NCBI GenBank assembly: GCA_023663685.1
Contig: JAMPHB010000002.1
Span: 64,709 to 128,708, forward strand
DNA length: 64,000 nucleotides
Reading direction: 5' to 3'
Origin: Blautia sp.
GTDB lineage: Bacteria; Bacillota; Clostridia; Lachnospirales; Lachnospiraceae
The position numbers were made by a program, and so were the translations under genes. How positions within the stretch are numbered: the first letter of the stretch is position 1; the number at the start of each line of letters is the position of its first letter. The notes under the pieces are model-generated. The model saw only the letters and a list, made by a program, of their open reading frames with translations, did no database searches and was not told the origin of the DNA. Shown piece by piece: positions 8,661 to 17,993 of the stretch.

Positions 8661-10247
8661 CTACCCCCATAATCCAATCACCATTAAAGAAAATCCCGTC
8701 TTTGCCTGCATCAGTGTCTCCTGCAAAAGCCTGTATTCCCTGTGCAGCCTGAGCTGTTTTTTCACAAAGCCCACCTCGTTCGTGTACATAATAATCACGC
8801 CCTGCGGCGCCAGCAGCCCGGGAGCATAACGGAAAAACTGCTCATAGAGCGCATCCATCTCCTCCTTCGTCCGCTTCCCCCGCTGGGGCATATCCGTAAT
8901 GATCTCGTCAAAGCGGTATGCATGACGGAAATCAAAGAAATCCCGATGGATAAAATTGATTTTCTCCCCCGCAAGAGCGGCGTTCTCACGCCCCCAGAGA
9001 ATGGCGTCCCCGAAAATGTCCGTGCCGTACTTATCTCCTGCAGGCTCTGCAATATCCCTCTCGATCAAAAGCGTCCCCACTCCGCAGAAGGGATCTAAAA
9101 GCTGTGCGCCCTCTTTCAGGTACGGCCTTGCCAGTTCCATGATGAGCGCCGCCACAGAAGGATGGAGGGAGGTCGAAACTGCATGTTTCCGGTAAGAAAA
9201 ACGGGTGTCCGGCAGCGTGTAAAACTTCACGCACGGAAAAAACCGTCCCTCCCGGTTCATCACCAGCCTGAGCTCTGCCTCATAATCCCCGGGGGAATTG
9301 ACGAGCCTGCCACAGGAGGCGATCTCCAGCTCCACGCCCAGCCTTCTGGTAAATGTGCTCCGCTCCTCCAGTGTCATGGGCGCCCTGCATTCCACCCTGA
9401 AATAAAAGACATCTTCCCCATGGTATTTTCTGCACAGCTCTGCCAGCCAGGGGGCTATGCTTTTGGCTGCCTCCACCGGGTCGCGGGAGACCATCGGCTC
9501 CCCCTGCGGGCATAAAAAGCACAGTTCCCTATAGGCACGAACCCGGGACAAGGGAACAAGGTCATCGGTTTCGACACTGACTCCCAGTGGGTGAAGCTTT
9601 ACAAGGGGCGCACTGCCTGGCCCCTTGTCCGCCGCACAGCTCTTATACGCCTCGAGCACCAGCCTGCGCACCACCTCCCGGTGCAGACGGTTCGTGATAA
9701 GCAGCACCCTGTTTTCTCCCTGCGTCCGGTCAAAGCGGTGGGGCTTTATCCCCTCACAGCGGATCCTAAGCTGCCGCAGCACCCGAAGCTCCTCTGCGAT
9801 ATGCTTTTTGTTTTCCCCGAGCGGCTCCTGCGCGGGCGTTCCATCGTCCGCCCTGCGACTTAGGACGCCCGTAAGAAGCGCCTCCTGCAAGCGCTCTTCC
9901 TGCTCTTTCAGACCGGCTCCGGCAGACTCCTCCTGCAGCTCTCCTGCCGGGTAGTGCAAAAGTGCCTCCAGATAGGCGCTGCGCACAAAGAGCGTCTCCT
10001 CCCTCCTGTAGGCCTGATACAGTAAAGGCGCCGCGGACTCATAGCAGAGGTCTCCAAGCAAAAGCGCTGCGTTCTTCCTCGTCTTGGCGTCTCCGCTCTC
10101 TAAAAAGCTGTAGAAAAGCTCCTCCTGTTCCGCGATTCGCGCTTTAAGCTCCTCCGCCGCACCGCTGCCTTTCAGCCACTTCCGCAGCGCACTTAAGTTC
10201 TGCCGCACATTTTTTAAGTCCAGTAATTCTCTGTAGATCTCTTCCAA
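8661..10247 (-). CDS. Putative RNA methyltransferase with N-terminal HEAT-like repeat
   Basis: LLDPFCGVGTLLIE SAM motif; IITDMP; KTRKNAALLLG. Confidence 0.75.
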   Translation of the reverse strand: MEEIYRELLDLKNVRQNLSALRKWLKGSGAAEELKARIAEQEELFYSFLESGDAKTRKNAALLLGDLCYESAAPLLYQAYRREETLFVRSAYLEALLHYPAGELQEESAGAGLKEQEERLQEALLTGVLSRRADDGTPAQEPLGENKKHIAEELRVLRQLRIRCEGIKPHRFDRTQGENRVLLITNRLHREVVRRLVLEAYKSCAADKGPGSAPLVKLHPLGVSVETDDLVPLSRVRAYRELCFLCPQGEPMVSRDPVEAAKSIAPWLAELCRKYHGEDVFYFRVECRAPMTLEERSTFTRRLGVELEIASCGRLVNSPGDYEAELRLVMNREGRFFPCVKFYTLPDTRFSYRKHAVSTSLHPSVAALIMELARPYLKEGAQLLDPFCGVGTLLIERDIAEPAGDKYGTDIFGDAILWGRENAALAGEKINFIHRDFFDFRHAYRFDEIITDMPQRGKRTKEEMDALYEQFFRYAPGLLAPQGVIIMYTNEVGFVKKQLRLHREYRLLQETLMQAKTGFSLMVIGLWG

Positions 10248-10261
10248 AATAAATTTCTCTC

Positions 10262-10984
10262 CTATTCGGCAGGGCGCGCAACCCCGTTCTTCTCAATATA
10301 ATCCGTCAGCTCCGACTTAAACAGCCTCCATGAGCTCTCATTCTCCACATAGTACTTGGGACAGTTCTTGCCCGTAACATCATAATGGCGGATCACCGCA
10401 TCCACATCCAGCTCATAGCGCCCCATGAGCCATGTGACAAGCTGCACTAAAGAAGCGTAGGTCTTCGCGTTAAACCGCCCCGACTCCTCCTCAATACAGC
10501 ACTCTATGGATATCGTATCTATGTTGCGCTCCTTCGTGGCATAAGCAATCTCATTGCAGGGAATGCACTGGACGATTTCCCCTTCCAGTCCGATAATAAA
10601 ATGGCTGCTGGCACTGGTGGTGTGCGTCTGTGCAAGCCCCGCGAAATAATCCCGGTTCTGCATGGCTGTCGTTCCCGGATTCGCTGTGTAGTGAATGACG
10701 ATGCCCGTCACCTTCTCGATGGGCGTCCCCGGCCGGGAATAGTCGTTAATGGGGAGCAGCTCCACATCAATCTCCGGCTCCTGCGGAATGTATTTGATAT
10801 CCGTCACGGGCGGGGCTGCCGTCTCCTTTTCACCCGGCCGCAGCAGAAGCACCAGCGCAGCCGCCCCCACGAGCACCAGCGCGAAAAGCCCCACACAGAT
10901 GATGGCATTCTGTCTGAGCTGTCTCTGCCGCCGCAGCCTGCTGTTTTCAATTCGTTCCCTCGCTCTTTTTTCCGCTTCCGTCAC
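10262..10984 (-). CDS. Membrane-anchored N-acetylmuramoyl-L-alanine amidase (Amidase_2)
   Basis: N-terminal TM; IVIHYTAN, SSHFII, ISIECC, IRHYDVTGKNCP. Confidence 0.9.
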   Translation of the reverse strand: MTEAEKRARERIENSRLRRQRQLRQNAIICVGLFALVLVGAAALVLLLRPGEKETAAPPVTDIKYIPQEPEIDVELLPINDYSRPGTPIEKVTGIVIHYTANPGTTAMQNRDYFAGLAQTHTTSASSHFIIGLEGEIVQCIPCNEIAYATKERNIDTISIECCIEEESGRFNAKTYASLVQLVTWLMGRYELDVDAVIRHYDVTGKNCPKYYVENESSWRLFKSELTDYIEKNGVARPAE

Positions 10985-11095
10985 AGCACTTCTCTCCTGC
11001 TTTTTTCGCTTCCTTTGCCTCTTTGGTAAAAAATACAGAACTATTTTAACATATTTTTACAGCAAATGTATGTATATTCTCTTAAAATTTTACAC

Positions 11096-11131
11096 AAAAA
11101 CGCCACACAGGGCCGCAAGCGCCTGTGTGGC
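11096..11131 (-). terminator. Terminator of ilvE
   Basis: gccacacagg...cctgtgtggc hairpin with U-tract on the minus strand. Confidence 0.65.
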
Positions 11132-11145
11132 ATATTGTACAGTTA

Positions 11146-12171
11146 TTAGAGGATCGTGTGTACCCAGCCCGCCGGACCCTCGATCTCACCCATCTGGATG
11201 CCCGTCAGTGTGTCGTAAAGCTTCTTAATGGTCGGCCCCATCTCCTCCATGCCGCTGGGGAAGCAGATCTCTTTGCCGTGGTCGTCGATTTTACCCACCG
11301 GAGAGATGACCGCAGCCGTCCCGCAAAGCCCGCACTCTGCGAAATCGGATACCTCCGCGAGCGTGACCTCTCTGTGCTCCACCGTCATACCCAGATATTT
11401 TTCCGCCACCACCATCAGGGATCTTCTGGTAATCGAGGGAAGAATACTGTCCGACTTGGGAGTGACAAACTTACCGTCCTTTGTGATGAAGATAAAGTTC
11501 GCGCCTCCTGTCTCCTCTACCCTGCTTCTCGTGGCGGGATCCAGATACATATTTTCATCGTAGCCCTGATTGTGGGCGTCCACAATCGCGTGCAGGCTCA
11601 TCGCGTAATTTAAACCGGCCTTGATATGTCCGGTTCCATGGGGCGCCGCCCGGTCAAAGTCCGACACACGGATTGTCAGGGGCTTCGCGCCGCCCTTGAA
11701 GTAGGGGCCTACCGGCGTCACAAAAATACGGAACTGGTACTCTTCTGCCGGCTTCACACCGATCACGGAGTTGGTCGCGATCATGTAAGGACGGATATAG
11801 AGAGTCGCCCCCGAACCGAAAGGCGGAACCCATGCCGCATTCGCCTTCACGACCTCCTCCACAGCCTTTACGAAACGCTCCTCCGGAAATACCGGCATCT
11901 CCAGATACTCACAGCTGTCTTTCATGCGGGAAGCGTTCAGATCCGGGCGGAAGCACACAATATGTCCGTCCTCCGTGGTGTACGCCTTAAGTCCCTCGAA
12001 GCAGGACTGGGAGTACTGAAGAACGCCCGCGCACTCATTCAGTGTAATTGTCGCATCCGTCGTAATCTCTCCATCGTCCCATTTGCCGTCCTTATAGTTG
12101 GAAACGTAGCGGTAATCCGCGACCATATAGCTAAACCCTAAGTCCGCCCAGTCCAGATTCTTTTTTTCCAT
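11146..12171 (-). CDS. ilvE: Branched-chain amino acid aminotransferase
   Basis: FEGLKAY, LYIRP, K-AGLNY PLP lysine, EETGGANF, ILPSITR, GTAAVISP. Confidence 0.95.
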   Translation of the reverse strand: MEKKNLDWADLGFSYMVADYRYVSNYKDGKWDDGEITTDATITLNECAGVLQYSQSCFEGLKAYTTEDGHIVCFRPDLNASRMKDSCEYLEMPVFPEERFVKAVEEVVKANAAWVPPFGSGATLYIRPYMIATNSVIGVKPAEEYQFRIFVTPVGPYFKGGAKPLTIRVSDFDRAAPHGTGHIKAGLNYAMSLHAIVDAHNQGYDENMYLDPATRSRVEETGGANFIFITKDGKFVTPKSDSILPSITRRSLMVVAEKYLGMTVEHREVTLAEVSDFAECGLCGTAAVISPVGKIDDHGKEICFPSGMEEMGPTIKKLYDTLTGIQMGEIEGPAGWVHTIL

Positions 12172-12327
12172 ATCATTCTCCTCCCTTCTCGAAACGCTAT
12201 AACCTTGCGTTATAAAGTTCTGATTCTTTCATATTCAATTATTCTAGTACAATCTCTTTGATTTGTCTATATTCCCGCTTGAATTTATTATGGCAAATAA
12301 TTATAAATGCCATAACCTGAAATACTC

Positions 12328-13851
12328 TTAAGCCTCCTCCCCAAAGCCCAGAAGATGCATCGCCTCGCGCTTAAGCTCCTGCCCCCTGTCCTTTAGGAGC
12401 AGCAGGCGGTTGTACTTGTAGTAAGCCTCATTTCCGCACGCGCTGACATATTTTAAGCTGTAATAGCCTGCCGACAGCTCCGAGAGAAAAATCACCAGCT
12501 CCTGCCCCTCCCCGAAGGTGTGCACCAGAAAGTCAAAGGCGTTGGTCAGATGGCGTCCCGCCACCGTCACCGCCTGCTGCCGCTTCTCCTCCTGCTTGTC
12601 AAAAAAGCCCTTGACAATGGCAAAATCCTCCCTTGCCTGACCGCAGCCTTCCGCAGCGAGAAGTCCGATACATTTTTCCATAAGCCGGTCCACGCTGCGC
12701 GCCGTGCGCTCCTCCTCTCTTGTCAAAAGCCCCGCCTGCCTTCTGTGCGCAAGCCTCTGCTGTGCCTCCTGCCTCTGGCGCATGAGAAGCGCGTTTGCCC
12801 GGCCGCCGCCCGCTTTTAGCTCCTCCCGCAGACGTTTCAGCTCATCCAGAAACTCCCGCTGACAGTCAAGGCCTGCCTCCCAGCCCTGAAAATCCTGATT
12901 CAGCCTGTCAATGAGAAGCGCGATCAGACTCAGCTTCTCGTCAAAGGGGGCGTTTCTCACATCATCGGACAGCTCCGGCATAAGCCCCTCCAAAATGTCG
13001 GGAATCCGGTACACATTCCGGTACTTGTTGTAGAGCTCATAATAAGCGGCAAAATCCCTGGCAATCTCCGCGTCCTGCACATACTGCACCACCAGCGCAA
13101 AGGTGACGGGAATCCCCAGCTGCTCATAGGTCTGTATAATGACGGACAGATCCTCCCAGCCCCTCGCCGTAACAAAGCGCTTGCCTTCCACATCAGATAC
13201 CACCGAGTAGAAATTCTTCTTTTTTATTTCCAGATAGGCGAGAATGGAGCCGTGAACACCCACACGGTACGCATATTCCTTCCAGACGCCGTAGTCCTCC
13301 TCTATGAAAATGCGCTTGACTCTGTCATAGGTCACAATGTCAAAATCCCGCACCGACTTGTTGTACTCCGGCGGATTGCCCGCGGTTACAATCAGAAAAC
13401 CGTCGGGCAGCCCGTGATTGCCAAAGGTCTTATACTGCAAAAACTGCAGCATGGTGGGCGCCAGCGTCTCGGACACACAGTTGATCTCATCCAAAAACAG
13501 GATGCCCTCCGAAATCCCGGAACGCTCAATCTGGTCGTAGACAGCCGCAATAATCTCACTCATGGTGTACTCCGTCACGCTCACCTCGCGTCCGCCGTAA
13601 CACTTCTTCTCGATAAAGGGCAGACCGATGGCGCTCTGGCGGGTGTGGTGGGTGATTGTATAGCTCACCAGACTGATATTGCATTCTTTCGCCACCTGCT
13701 CCATCACGGCGGTCTTGCCGATGCCGGGCGGCCCCATGAGAAGAACGGGTCTCTGCTTTTGTACGGGAATCCGGTACTCTCCCAGCTCGTCCTTTGCAAG
13801 ATATGCCCGCACCGTATTGATAAGCTCCTGCTTTGCCTCTTTTATATTCAT
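12328..13851 (-). CDS. MoxR-like AAA ATPase
   Basis: GPPGIGKT, LFLDEIN, TAGN; start refined to MNIKEAK. Confidence 0.85.
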   Translation of the reverse strand: MNIKEAKQELINTVRAYLAKDELGEYRIPVQKQRPVLLMGPPGIGKTAVMEQVAKECNISLVSYTITHHTRQSAIGLPFIEKKCYGGREVSVTEYTMSEIIAAVYDQIERSGISEGILFLDEINCVSETLAPTMLQFLQYKTFGNHGLPDGFLIVTAGNPPEYNKSVRDFDIVTYDRVKRIFIEEDYGVWKEYAYRVGVHGSILAYLEIKKKNFYSVVSDVEGKRFVTARGWEDLSVIIQTYEQLGIPVTFALVVQYVQDAEIARDFAAYYELYNKYRNVYRIPDILEGLMPELSDDVRNAPFDEKLSLIALLIDRLNQDFQGWEAGLDCQREFLDELKRLREELKAGGGRANALLMRQRQEAQQRLAHRRQAGLLTREEERTARSVDRLMEKCIGLLAAEGCGQAREDFAIVKGFFDKQEEKRQQAVTVAGRHLTNAFDFLVHTFGEGQELVIFLSELSAGYYSLKYVSACGNEAYYKYNRLLLLKDRGQELKREAMHLLGFGEEA

Positions 13852-15236
13852 ATCCCTTCCTCCGTCAAATATAATCGGATGACCCAGTCGGGCGCGCCGT
13901 CCCCGCCGTCGCCGCAAAAAACAAAGGCCGTCTCGTAGGGCGTGGGCTTTTTCGGGTATTCCCCCAGCCCGTCCGTAAAGTACAACAGCCCCTTCAAATG
14001 TTTAAGCTCCCCCCGCGCCATAAGCTCCTCCACATAAGAAAACACCGGGCGAAAGTCCGTGCCATAGCCCCCGGACACCTGAAACTGCTTAGCGTAACGC
14101 TCCATCTGGGATAACTCCGTGATGGAAATATCCCTCTGCAGGCGGTTATCACACTCTAAAATCCGAATCTGCACCCGGTGAAAAAAACTCTCTTTGCAGG
14201 CGAGGACTGCCCCCGTCTCATTCAAAAACTGCTGCACCAGCTTCCCTTTGCAGGAAGCCGAAGTATCAATGGCAATGACCAGCTCCTCCACCCGGCGCTC
14301 CTCCCGGTATTCGTTCTCCTCCACCAGCGGCATATTTCCATAGAGCGAAAGCCCGTACATATAGAAGCCGTAGTCGAAGGAGTCCAGATCCACAGACGCC
14401 ATTTCCCGCAGCACCGCAAAGTGCTGCAGAAAATCCTTGTAGCTTCTTCGGCGGCGGTTTTCGATGCGCAAAAGCCATGTGAGCCGACCCGCGTCAGCAG
14501 CCGCCTCCTTCCCGTAAACCTCAAGGTCGCTCTCGATGCGCTTCGCGTGCTCCTTCCACTCCTTCTCTCTTTCCCCCATCTTACTTTCCTGCACACGGTC
14601 CATAGGAAGCGCCTCCTCCCGGGGCGCCTCTCCCCCGGCGGCTTTTTTGTCCTCCCCTTTGGGATCCCCGGGAGGCCGCATCCGCTCCCAGAAACAGTGG
14701 TCGCAGACTTTAAACTCCTGCCGCAGCGCCTCTTCCAGATAAGGATCCCGCTTTTTCAGGATAAAATAGTGGTACAGCTTTTCCGCGGTCAGCACCGAAA
14801 GCTCCTCTGTCAGCTTATCATACCACTGCTGGCGGAAATCGCCGGATACCCGGAGTAAAAGCGGATAATCCATGGAGTCGATCACCGATTCCGCCGCGAT
14901 GTCACAGCACAGATCCCAGAGTTCCCCGTCCTCGTGCTCCCCTGCGTGGAACATATGCCGGAAAATACAGTGCACCAGCATATGCATATACATTCTGCCA
15001 AGCAGCTCCGGCCGCTCCACATACCGCTGTAAAAGCCATGTGGGGTTAAAACGGATATACGCCGCATCCGTCCCCACCGCAGGGGTGGAAAGATCCAGCT
15101 TAAACTCCAGACTGTCTAACGCCACGCCGAGAAAGGGCATGGACAGATACAGTTCTGTTTTGGTCTGGTTTAATATGCGGCTGCCCGTCTCCTCCATCTG
15201 CTCTCTCACCCGCAATGAAACGCCCTCCTTAGACAA
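13848..15236 (-). CDS. DUF2201 metallopeptidase-like / VWA-like protein
   Basis: HMLVHCIFRH; MIDAS-like IDTSAS; GGYGTDFRPVF; YFTDG. Confidence 0.85.
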   Translation of the reverse strand: MSKEGVSLRVREQMEETGSRILNQTKTELYLSMPFLGVALDSLEFKLDLSTPAVGTDAAYIRFNPTWLLQRYVERPELLGRMYMHMLVHCIFRHMFHAGEHEDGELWDLCCDIAAESVIDSMDYPLLLRVSGDFRQQWYDKLTEELSVLTAEKLYHYFILKKRDPYLEEALRQEFKVCDHCFWERMRPPGDPKGEDKKAAGGEAPREEALPMDRVQESKMGEREKEWKEHAKRIESDLEVYGKEAAADAGRLTWLLRIENRRRRSYKDFLQHFAVLREMASVDLDSFDYGFYMYGLSLYGNMPLVEENEYREERRVEELVIAIDTSASCKGKLVQQFLNETGAVLACKESFFHRVQIRILECDNRLQRDISITELSQMERYAKQFQVSGGYGTDFRPVFSYVEELMARGELKHLKGLLYFTDGLGEYPKKPTPYETAFVFCGDGGDGAPDWVIRLYLTEEGI

Positions 15237-15247
15237 TTCTTAAACAA

Positions 15248-16135
15248 TTACCATTCTCCCAGGGACAAAGCCCCGGTATCTTCCGCCGAAAAATGCCTGC
15301 GCTGATGCTCCATAAGTATCGCAACGGCCTCACTTTTTCTCTGCCCCGCCGCAAGCGCAACGGCCTCCTGCAGGTCAGCCTTTGGAACAGAAAAGTTCCC
15401 ACACAGATAGCGGAGTTCCTCCAGCCTCTCCTCCCCGGCAAGCGCCTTTAGAAGCTCTCCCACATGCATTGCAAGATACTCCTCATAATCCCTGCGCCGC
15501 TCCTCTTCCAGCCAGACGGGATACATCAGACGCTCCATGGCGATTCGCGCCGCCACCCTCCCGTCGTCCGCGCACACCTGATAAAACAGACGGTCGTACT
15601 CTTTATAATTCACGCCACGCCGCGTCACACATTCCCGGCAGGGATAGCCGCTGCCCTCGATTTTGTGGTGTAAGACCCTGGCCTCCACGTCCTCCACAAA
15701 ATCATAGACATAGGCAGGAAAGGTGAGCCTCGCCCCCACCGGCTCTATGCAGAAAGTAATCTGTCTGTCATTGTCGGCAAGTATCTCCCGCATCACGGTG
15801 TAATCGTCCCGCGTGAGCGTCAGGTGAATCTCCCGCAGACTGCCGCACTGTTTGACAACGCCGTCGCAATAATCCTCCACACGGTCGTAAAGGTGGATAC
15901 TTTTTAGATTTTTACAGTTATAGAAAGCATAGCTCCCCAGCGCACGCAGATTTTCCGGGAGCCACAGCTCCACAAGCTCCATTCTGCCCCGGAAAGCGGA
16001 GGCCGCGATTCCCTCTACCGGAAGCCCCGCAAGCGCCTCCGGGATACAGAGCCTCCCTGCATTTCCCGAATAGCCCGTAATCTCGATATATTCTCTCCCC
16101 TGCCGGTCTCTCTTATTCCCGAATGTATACGCCAT
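15248..16135 (-). CDS. Leucine-rich repeat (LRR_5/BspA-type) protein
   Basis: ITGYSG...IPEALAGLPVEGIAASAF, LPENLRALGSYAFYNC; start refined to MAYTFG. Confidence 0.75.
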   Translation of the reverse strand: MAYTFGNKRDRQGREYIEITGYSGNAGRLCIPEALAGLPVEGIAASAFRGRMELVELWLPENLRALGSYAFYNCKNLKSIHLYDRVEDYCDGVVKQCGSLREIHLTLTRDDYTVMREILADNDRQITFCIEPVGARLTFPAYVYDFVEDVEARVLHHKIEGSGYPCRECVTRRGVNYKEYDRLFYQVCADDGRVAARIAMERLMYPVWLEEERRRDYEEYLAMHVGELLKALAGEERLEELRYLCGNFSVPKADLQEAVALAAGQRKSEAVAILMEHQRRHFSAEDTGALSLGEW

Positions 16136-16157
16136 TCCTTTCTCTCCAACCCTTCTT

Positions 16158-17486
16158 CTATGGAAGCGCTGTTTTAGCCACCACTTCCTTAACATCCCTC
16201 TGACTCCCGCACGGCGCTGCATACAGTCTCTTAAGATCCCCTATAAAATAGAGAGAGCCAAGCGCTACGGTCTTTGTCCCGTCTGCGGGAAGGGCGCACA
16301 GCTCCCGCACACTCCCTGCGGTTCTCGCAAAAACGCCCCGCTCCCTAATATATGCCGCCAGCTTTTCCCCCTGCAGGGCCCGCTCCTTATCAAGCGACAC
16401 CGTGACAAATTCCTTCGCAAGCGGCAAAAGAAGCTCCACCATGCCGGTGTAATCCTTGTCCTCCATAACTGCCATGACAAACCGGAAACGCTCCTGCGGA
16501 TACAGCTCCCAAAGACTCTCCCGAAGTGCCCGGACGCCGCCGGGATTGTGTGCTCCGTCCACCAGAAAAAATGGCTGCCCACACAAAAGCTCCATCCGCC
16601 CCGGCCATCTGGCACTGTGTATGCCCCGCGCAATGGCAGCTTCCAGCTTCTCCGCACGCCATGTCATGGCAGCTTCCACTTCCTCCCCGCGCCATGCCAT
16701 GGCAGCTTCCGCTGCCTCCCCGCGACGCGTGTGCACAGACGGTAACGCGCGCACTGCCGCCGCCGCGACCGCGGCATTTTCTATCTGGTGCAGCCCCAAA
16801 AGCCCCGGCTGGTAGGCCTTTGCCTTTTCAAGCTCCTCCTTCGCCACCACATGCAGGCTCCCGGCGCGCGACCGAAGCACAGTCATCGCCGTCTCCTGCT
16901 GCGGTGCGGATACCGCCGGAACACCCGGCCGAAAGATTCCCGCTTTCTCCTCTGCAATGTCTGTAAGACTGTCCCCGAGGACTGCCGTATGATCCAGATC
17001 GATCCGCGTGATGACCGCCACCTCCGGTGTTCCCAGTGCATTGGTGGAATCCAGCCTTCCCCCAAGCCCCGTCTCAATCACCGCAATGTCACACGCCCTC
17101 TCCTTAAAGTATAAAACCGCCATGGCAAGGCAATAGTCGAACATCGTGGGCGTCACTCCTATATCAAGCTGCAAAAGCTGATTTCCCAGACGCTCCACCG
17201 CCTCTTTGCCTATCAGTTCATTATCCACCATGATCCGCTCCCTGAAATCCACGAGATGAGGCGAGGTAAAACGCCCCACCCGAAGTCCCAGTTCCCGAAA
17301 AATCCCATCTAAAAAAGCGCACACCGAGCCTTTCCCGTTCGTTCCCGCCACATGGATATAGGGAAGCCCTCTCTGGGGTTCTCCCAGCGCCTCAAGCATA
17401 AGCCCTTCCACCGTAACCCCCGGCAGCCTGCCAAAACGGCGGGAATTTTCTATCTTTTCCAGCACCTCGCTGTAACTGTATTCCAT
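16158..17486 (-). CDS. folC: Folylpolyglutamate synthase / dihydrofolate synthase
   Basis: HVAGTNGKGS, FTSPHL, ETGLGGRLDSTN, WPGRME, DGAHN, GSLYF. Confidence 0.95.
   Translation of the reverse strand: MEYSYSEVLEKIENSRRFGRLPGVTVEGLMLEALGEPQRGLPYIHVAGTNGKGSVCAFLDGIFRELGLRVGRFTSPHLVDFRERIMVDNELIGKEAVERLGNQLLQLDIGVTPTMFDYCLAMAVLYFKERACDIAVIETGLGGRLDSTNALGTPEVAVITRIDLDHTAVLGDSLTDIAEEKAGIFRPGVPAVSAPQQETAMTVLRSRAGSLHVVAKEELEKAKAYQPGLLGLHQIENAAVAAAAVRALPSVHTRRGEAAEAAMAWRGEEVEAAMTWRAEKLEAAIARGIHSARWPGRMELLCGQPFFLVDGAHNPGGVRALRESLWELYPQERFRFVMAVMEDKDYTGMVELLLPLAKEFVTVSLDKERALQGEKLAAYIRERGVFARTAGSVRELCALPADGTKTVALGSLYFIGDLKRLYAAPCGSQRDVKEVVAKTALP
16633..16724. repeat. 33-bp tandem repeat (~3 copies) inside folC
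   Basis: atggcagcttcc at 16633, 16666 and 16699; encodes EAAMAWRGEEV-like units. Confidence 0.75.
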
Positions 17487-17555
17487 GCTCTGTTTCCTCC
17501 AAAAAATTTGGGCTGGGGTGATGATGTTCCATTCATCAAAAATAAATTATACATC

Positions 17556-17623
17556 AGAGCCGCTTGAAATCCAAGCGGCTCTGGTGTATAATCTACTCAG
17601 AAGTGATCGGAATTGAATTTCCG
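17556..17623. repeat. ~68-bp direct repeat, copy 1 (antitoxin promoter and hairpin)
   Basis: agagccgcttgaaatccaagcggctctggtgtataatctactcagaagtgatcggaattga recurs at 17891-17957. Confidence 0.9.
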
Positions 17624-17697
17624 ATTGCCCTCAGTAATAATACTAAGTTAAAGAAATAGCATCTAACTTTGGACGGTATGGGATGCTATTTCTTTTT
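17599..17697 (+). ncRNA. Putative antisense antitoxin RNA, TA locus 2
   Basis: TTGAAA(17564)-N17-TATAAT(17587) promoter; terminator aaagaaatagcatc...gatgctatttcttttt overlaps the toxin stop codon. Confidence 0.6.
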
Positions 17698-17766
17698 GTG
17701 ATTGTCTATGTAAGACAGAGCCGCAAATAACACAAGTAGTAATGTAAGTACTTCCATTACACTCAT
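17686..17766 (-). CDS. Putative type I toxin, 26 aa, MSVMEVLTLLLVLFAALSYIDNHKKK
   Basis: Hydrophobic helix with KKK tail; SD AGAGGGTGA inside a hairpin; own promoter; convergent antisense RNA. Confidence 0.75.
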   Translation of the reverse strand: MSVMEVLTLLLVLFAALSYIDNHKKK

Positions 17767-17844
17767 AGGGCATCACCCTCTTTCGTCAGACTAGAGGGCA
17801 TCTCGGAAATTCGCATCCTGCTTTCTTTTCAATTATACAGTCTG

Positions 17845-17873
17845 ATTATACCATATACAGAACAAATGTTCAA
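17845..17873 (-). promoter_or_regulatory. Toxin promoter TTGAAC-N17-TATAAT overlapped by a LexA (SOS) box
   Basis: GAACAAATGTTC (GAAC-N4-GTTC) at 17860-17871 overlaps the -35 at 17868-17873. Confidence 0.7.
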
Positions 17874-17890
17874 GAAAAAGGTAATTTAAA

Positions 17891-17957
17891 AGAGCCGCTT
17901 GAAATCCAAGCGGTCTGGTGTATAATCTACTCAGAAGTGATCGGAATTGAGTTTCCG
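17891..17957. repeat. Direct repeat, copy 2, now the promoter region of the GNAT gene
   Basis: Copy of 17556-17623 with a 1-nt deletion and one substitution; TTGAAA-N16-TATAAT. Confidence 0.85.
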
Positions 17958-17993
17958 TAAGTACTTCCACAAATACGCGAAAGGAGAACTCGT

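Noticed and set aside
10262-10984. Amidase as the eCIS release lysin
   Set aside because: Lies 15 kb away among housekeeping genes, is membrane-anchored and has no adjacent holin
12288-12315. Inverted repeat ttatggca-N12-tgccataa upstream of ilvE
   Set aside because: Cannot distinguish an operator from a weak terminator of the AAA operon
17556-17957. Mini-CRISPR or IS ends
   Set aside because: Only two direct copies, explained as the promoter/hairpin of a TA cassette; no transposase
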